Assembly (NCBI GenBank): GCA_963666345.1
Contig: OY762721.1
Coordinates: forward strand, 1,536,001-1,600,000
Direction of reading: 5' to 3'
DNA: 64,000 bases
Origin: Desulfatiglandales bacterium
Lineage (GTDB): Bacteria; Desulfobacterota; DSM-4660; Desulfatiglandales; Desulfatiglandaceae
Numbering within the stretch: position 1 is the stretch's first letter; the number at the start of each line of letters is the position of its first letter. The position numbers and the translations under genes were made by a program. Of the stretch, positions 59,640-64,000 are shown one piece after another. The notes below the pieces were generated by a model, which did not search any database, was not told where the DNA came from, and saw nothing but the letters and a program-made list of their open reading frames with translations.

Positions 59640-60820
59640 CACTGTTTGAGGAACACATCTCGATCAGCAATGCGGCCACCGCCGGATAAAGGCCCTGGCA
59701 GTGCCTGCTCATAAAGATGGTTTTCCGTCTCCGGCAATACAGCGACTTCGGGAGATGGTTGGAGAGGAGAATCAGGCTCCGGTTGCGGCGCAGGGAAAGA
59801 AGGGCCGGTGTTTGATGGACTTTCTCCGTGAACAGCCGGATCGCACGTGAACTGAGGATCAAGGACAAGCGCCCTCTCTTGCCAGGCGGGAAATTCAGCG
59901 GTCCGGGGATGGGCCAGGTCCTTGCGATATAGAAAGGCCCCGGGAAAATGGACGGTTACAAAAGGCGGAAAAAATTCATTCGAGACCTCGCAGGGGCTCA
60001 CGATCAGCCATCCTCAGTCCACGAGTGCGTCATAGAGTTTTCTTATCACCGAACGGGCGCGCCCGGCTTCAAAATACATGATAACGTTGCGGCAGAAAAT
60101 GAGATCCATGGCATTTGTGTTGCCGGCAAGCGAGGGGTATGAATCTTCCGCCAGGTTCAGATACGAGAAGTCGACCATCTTCTTGATTAAAGGGACGATC
60201 CTGTTCAGCGAGTCTTTGTCTTTAATAAAGTAACTCCTGATCCACATCGGGGCCTCCCGGAACGACCATTAGCTGTAAACGCCGTTTTCGGCCCTTTTCA
60301 AAAAATCCGGGTTGATATCGGTGGCGAGGATGGTAATGTTCCAGTCTTCGAGGTCGGAAATCAGTTTATGGAGCAGGATGGCGATAGAGTAAGCTTCCTC
60401 GCCGGAAGCGCAGCCTGCGCTCCATAACCGCAAATGCCTGGAGGCGCGACGTTTGCTGACCAGCCCGGAAATGATTTCTTCTTCCATGACTTTAAACAAG
60501 GTTGCTGTCCCGGAAAAAGCAGGTCTCTCCGACCGTGAGGTGACTCGCCAAAACCTCGATCTGGCGCCGGGACAAAGATGAGGAGAGAAGCCAGGTTAAA
60601 CACGCCTCCGTGTCCGTGAAATCAAACTCCCGCGCCGTTAAACCAAAACGCGCACGCATGTTGACAACCGGAACAACCCGGCCCTGCCAATTCACGACTC
60701 CCACTACGATCTCCGGCGCTTTGGGCAACAAAGTGATTTCCGCCGCTCGCACGACTTTCTCCACCACGGACAGATAGCATAGCCTTGAGCATCAAGCCTG
60801 AACACCATAAGCTGGTTTTT
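59640..60820 (-). pseudogene. Decayed cheW-cheR deletion fusion
   Basis: CheW (LPKAPEIVVGVVNWQG..PVVNMRARFGL) joined to CheR (LTVGETCFFRD, WSAGCASGEEAYSIA, ATDIN, DLIFCRNVIMYF); several frameshifts. Confidence 0.85.
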
Positions 60821-61032
60821 ATTTATTATAGTTATGACGATTTTCCTCCATCTATCAAAAAAGATGCCTTCATTCAGTCCTGGGCTTAACGGGTGCCGTG
60901 AAGCAAGGGGTGAACCGCATGTATCAGAGGTTCCATTTCAATTGGTTTTGCAACAAGTGCGATGGGGCCGTAAAGCATGGCCTCTATCGTAAGGTCGCTG
61001 TCCGGACAGCCGGTGATTACAGTGACCGGCAA

Positions 61033-63135
61033 TCACTCTTTCTCATCCTCGATCACCTCATGTAACACCTTGCTCAATGACAGGGATTCAAATGGTTTGG
61101 GCATCATACCCTTAAAGCCGTATTCCTGAAAATTGGCCAGGACCGGGTCATCTGAATAACCGCTGGAGACGATGGCCTTTACTTCAGGATCTATCTCTAT
61201 CAATTTATTAATGGCTACCTTTCCCCCCATCCCGCCGGGTATGGTCAGGTCCAGGATAACTGCATCATAGGGCATTCCGGATTCCATGGCCGCCTTATAC
61301 ATCTCAATCGCTTCAATGCCGTCCCTTGCAAATTCCGATTCATAGCCAAGGTTGTTCAACATCCTCCCGACCAATTTTCTTATTGACTCTTCATCATCCA
61401 TCACAAGGATCCTGCCATGGCCGGTTATCAGAAGGTCTTCTTCTTTTTCAGGGACTATTTTGTCGCAAGCAGGCAAATAGATGTGAAATGTCGTACCCGC
61501 CCCCGGCCGGGATTCCACCGAGATGTACCCGTCGTGCTTCTTGATGATGGAATAGGTCGTGGCAAGCCCGAGACCGCTGCCCCCATACTTTGTCTTTAAA
61601 TAAGGGTCAAATATCCTTACAAGATGCTTTTCAGGTATACCTGCTCCCTGATCTTTAATGGATATCCTGATGTATCTGCCCGGCTTGAGGGGCAGCCCGT
61701 GTCCATCATCTATTATTAGATTTTCCGCCGCGACCCGAATGATTCCCCCTTCCGGCATCGACTGGTTTGCGTTGATAACAATATTATTGATGCCCTGGCT
61801 GATCTGTCCCAAGTCGACCTCAGCCGGCCAGAGGTCTTCTGCTATCGAATACTCGCACCTGGATTTTGAACCTCTTAAAACAAGGAGAGATGATTCCTTG
61901 ATAACGTCTTTAATCGAGACAGTTTCCTTTAGCGGCGCTCCTCCTTTGGCAAAGGTCAATAACTGCCCGGTCAGTTTCTGCGCACTTGTTGAAGCCGCCT
62001 CTGCATCATTTAACAGATCAAATATATCATCTTCAGGTGTTACCTGATTCTTGGCTAAGGAAATATTGCCGAGAATCGCTGTTAGAATGTTGTTGAAATC
62101 ATGGGCGATACCCCCTGCAAGCATCCCAATGGATTCAAGCTTTTGGGCCTTTAAAAGATCCTCTTCCATCCTCTTGCGCTCTGTTATGTCGCTATAAGCT
62201 ATTATCACCCCATAGCCTTCCAGCGGAATGGGAACAGCGGTTACATTGATCCAGATGACATCCGCTTCTCCCTTGACAATACCCATTTCGACATTCTCAA
62301 TCAGGTGATTTTCCTTCAGTGCCCTGACACTGGCGTACTCGTATGCCGGCATGGGAGAGCCGTCGGGCCGGATGATGCGCCACTCCAGGCCGTCAATCTT
62401 TCTTTTGCCATATTCTTGCCGCGGCAGTTCCAACAGCCGCCCTCCCTCTTTATTCATTTCCAAAATGTTCCCAGCCTTATCCGATACGGTAATTCCTATA
62501 GGTAATGATTCGAATAGCGTTTGATATTTTATCAGGTTGACCTTGAGCACCTCCTCCGCCCGCTTGAGATTGGAGATATCGCTGACCGCCGCTCTGATCT
62601 GCCTTAAATCGTCACCCTCGTTTTTTATGACGGTGCATTCCATACGGGCATAAAACTCACGGCCGTCATTTCTCACAAGCCGCAGCTCACAGGACCGGGA
62701 TGTCTCCGTTTCCAGAAGGCGCTGCCGATACTTATAGAAAATGTCCTTGTCTTCTCTCAGAACAAAGCGAGAGAAAGGCTTTCCAATCAAGGCACTCCGC
62801 TCTATCCCCGTCATGGAGGCACCGGTCAGATTGACCTCCTCGATGATCTCCTTTTCACTCACTGTAAAATAGCCGACCGGCGCAAAGTCATACAGATGAG
62901 AATACTTGTCCCGTGTTCGTTCAAGTTCACCCTGGATGCGGCGGAGTTCATCGTTCTGCATTTCTAACTCGATCTGATGAACCTGAAGCTCGTGGATGAG
63001 GGTTGTCATCTTTTCGGGTGACACTCCGGAGAAATCCTCGCTGCCGCCGAGCGCTTCTTTCAGCTTTTCCTCGGCTCGTTGCCTGAACTCAAGATCTCCC
63101 TGATTTTCCTTCGCTTTTAATTTCTTCGTATCCAT
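61033..63135 (-). CDS. PAS-PAS hybrid histidine kinase/receiver
   Basis: GIAHDFNNIL H-box, DQGAGI, GSGLGL, ILVMDDE..DLTIP. Confidence 0.95.
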   Translation of the reverse strand: MDTKKLKAKENQGDLEFRQRAEEKLKEALGGSEDFSGVSPEKMTTLIHELQVHQIELEMQNDELRRIQGELERTRDKYSHLYDFAPVGYFTVSEKEIIEEVNLTGASMTGIERSALIGKPFSRFVLREDKDIFYKYRQRLLETETSRSCELRLVRNDGREFYARMECTVIKNEGDDLRQIRAAVSDISNLKRAEEVLKVNLIKYQTLFESLPIGITVSDKAGNILEMNKEGGRLLELPRQEYGKRKIDGLEWRIIRPDGSPMPAYEYASVRALKENHLIENVEMGIVKGEADVIWINVTAVPIPLEGYGVIIAYSDITERKRMEEDLLKAQKLESIGMLAGGIAHDFNNILTAILGNISLAKNQVTPEDDIFDLLNDAEAASTSAQKLTGQLLTFAKGGAPLKETVSIKDVIKESSLLVLRGSKSRCEYSIAEDLWPAEVDLGQISQGINNIVINANQSMPEGGIIRVAAENLIIDDGHGLPLKPGRYIRISIKDQGAGIPEKHLVRIFDPYLKTKYGGSGLGLATTYSIIKKHDGYISVESRPGAGTTFHIYLPACDKIVPEKEEDLLITGHGRILVMDDEESIRKLVGRMLNNLGYESEFARDGIEAIEMYKAAMESGMPYDAVILDLTIPGGMGGKVAINKLIEIDPEVKAIVSSGYSDDPVLANFQEYGFKGMMPKPFESLSLSKVLHEVIEDEKE

Positions 63136-63159
63136 CTCCCTCTTCTCCCAATCGACAAT

Positions 63160-64000
63160 TCACGCAAGATCCCGTTCCGTGGTCGCAATTTCAATGGGCC
63201 GACCGCTCTCATCCGTTAAAACAGTACCGGTCAACCATACATCCAGTATTTCCCCGGCCTTTGTCTTTCGCCGGGTCTTAAATGACTTTATGGGTTCACC
63301 CCTCGTCAGTTTTTCAACGGCCGATTTAAACTCGCTCTGCTTATCCTCCGGGACAAGTTCGCTGATGTTCATCTTGAGGGCCTCGGCTTCGGTCCAGCCA
63401 TACATGTGCTGCGCACCCCTGTTCCAGGCCAGAATCTTGCCCTCAAAATCCAGTACTATAACGGCATCATTGGAATCCTCCAAAACAGTGGCCAATCTTC
63501 TGATTTTATCCGCCTGCTTGATCTTGTGCACATCAACAAAGGTCATCACCACTCCTTCAATGACATTTTCGGAGGTCCGGTACGGCATGACCCTCATGGC
63601 ATACCAGATAAGATCCTTTGTCAGGACGTCCATCTCCAGGGTATTGAGGTCTTTGAGGACCTTTCCGGCCAGGTCGATAAGATCGACATCCGGAAAGCTT
63701 GTTTTAAGGTCACTGAGAGGCCTGCCGATATCGGTCTGAATCAAACTGATTATATTTGCTGCGGCAGGGGTGTAACGTTTGATATAGAGGTCGGTATCCA
63801 GGAATATAGACGCAATTTCAGTTGCGGCCAACAGGTTGTTCATGTCGTCATTAGCCCTGGAAAATTCATCCACCTTGTTTTCAAGTTCCGCATTCACTGT
63901 GGCCAATTCCTCATTGGTGGATTGAAGCTCTTCCTTGGAGGTCTCCAGCTCTTCGTTGGTGCTTTGAAGTTCCTCGTTGACCGATTGCAGCTCTTCATTT
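63160..64000 (-). CDS. C-terminal part of a CheB/CheR-PAS fusion protein (5' end outside the window)
   Basis: NEELQSxNEEL coiled-coil repeats run to the window edge; PAS_10 (FLDTDLYIKRYTP, DIGRPL) plus PAS. Confidence 0.88.
   Translation of the reverse strand, partial: NEELQSVNEELQSTNEELETSKEELQSTNEELATVNAELENKVDEFSRANDDMNNLLAATEIASIFLDTDLYIKRYTPAAANIISLIQTDIGRPLSDLKTSFPDVDLIDLAGKVLKDLNTLEMDVLTKDLIWYAMRVMPYRTSENVIEGVVMTFVDVHKIKQADKIRRLATVLEDSNDAVIVLDFEGKILAWNRGAQHMYGWTEAEALKMNISELVPEDKQSEFKSAVEKLTRGEPIKSFKTRRKTKAGEILDVWLTGTVLTDESGRPIEIATTERDLA

Noticed and set aside
1..64000. tRNA/rRNA genes, or a RAYT/tyrosine recombinase for the array
   Set aside because: None recognised by eye or in the ORF track; not excluded without a computational scan.

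Overview
Bacterial DNA; the gene content and repeat families suggest an anaerobic deltaproteobacterium (inference). 1-6.7 kb encodes a methyltransferase, an MttB-family methyltransferase with its corrinoid protein, a Na+/solute symporter and an M20 amidohydrolase. About 6.75-33 kb is an accessory island of toxin-antitoxin and anti-phage genes: Phd/RelE, MNT/HEPN, HigBA, ORF6N, AlbA-ATPase, MazG plus a DUF2075 gene split by a complete IS21, Mrr, HNH, DUF262/DUF1524, BrnTA-like and an NTase pair. The main signal is a ~31-bp asymmetric motif, GAGAAA(CTG/AGC)ATAA(TT/AA)TCATGGGCGTCCCCCT, found 11-12 times. Five copies lie on + in the left arm and 6-7 on - in the right arm, all pointing inward. They delimit gene cassettes and at two sites abut truncated genes. 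This looks like an integron-like, mirror-symmetric cassette array with no integrase in the window. 33-57 kb is metabolic: a selenocysteine peroxiredoxin missed by the ORF track, HtrA, MFS transporters, a P-type ATPase, and a TRAP/arylsulfotransferase/AprA-like cluster whose partner looks like a ferredoxin with a GltD-like insert. 57-64 kb holds decayed fprA and cheW/cheR remnants, a hybrid kinase and a partial CheB/CheR-PAS gene. All calls come from reading the sequence by eye; no database searches were run.
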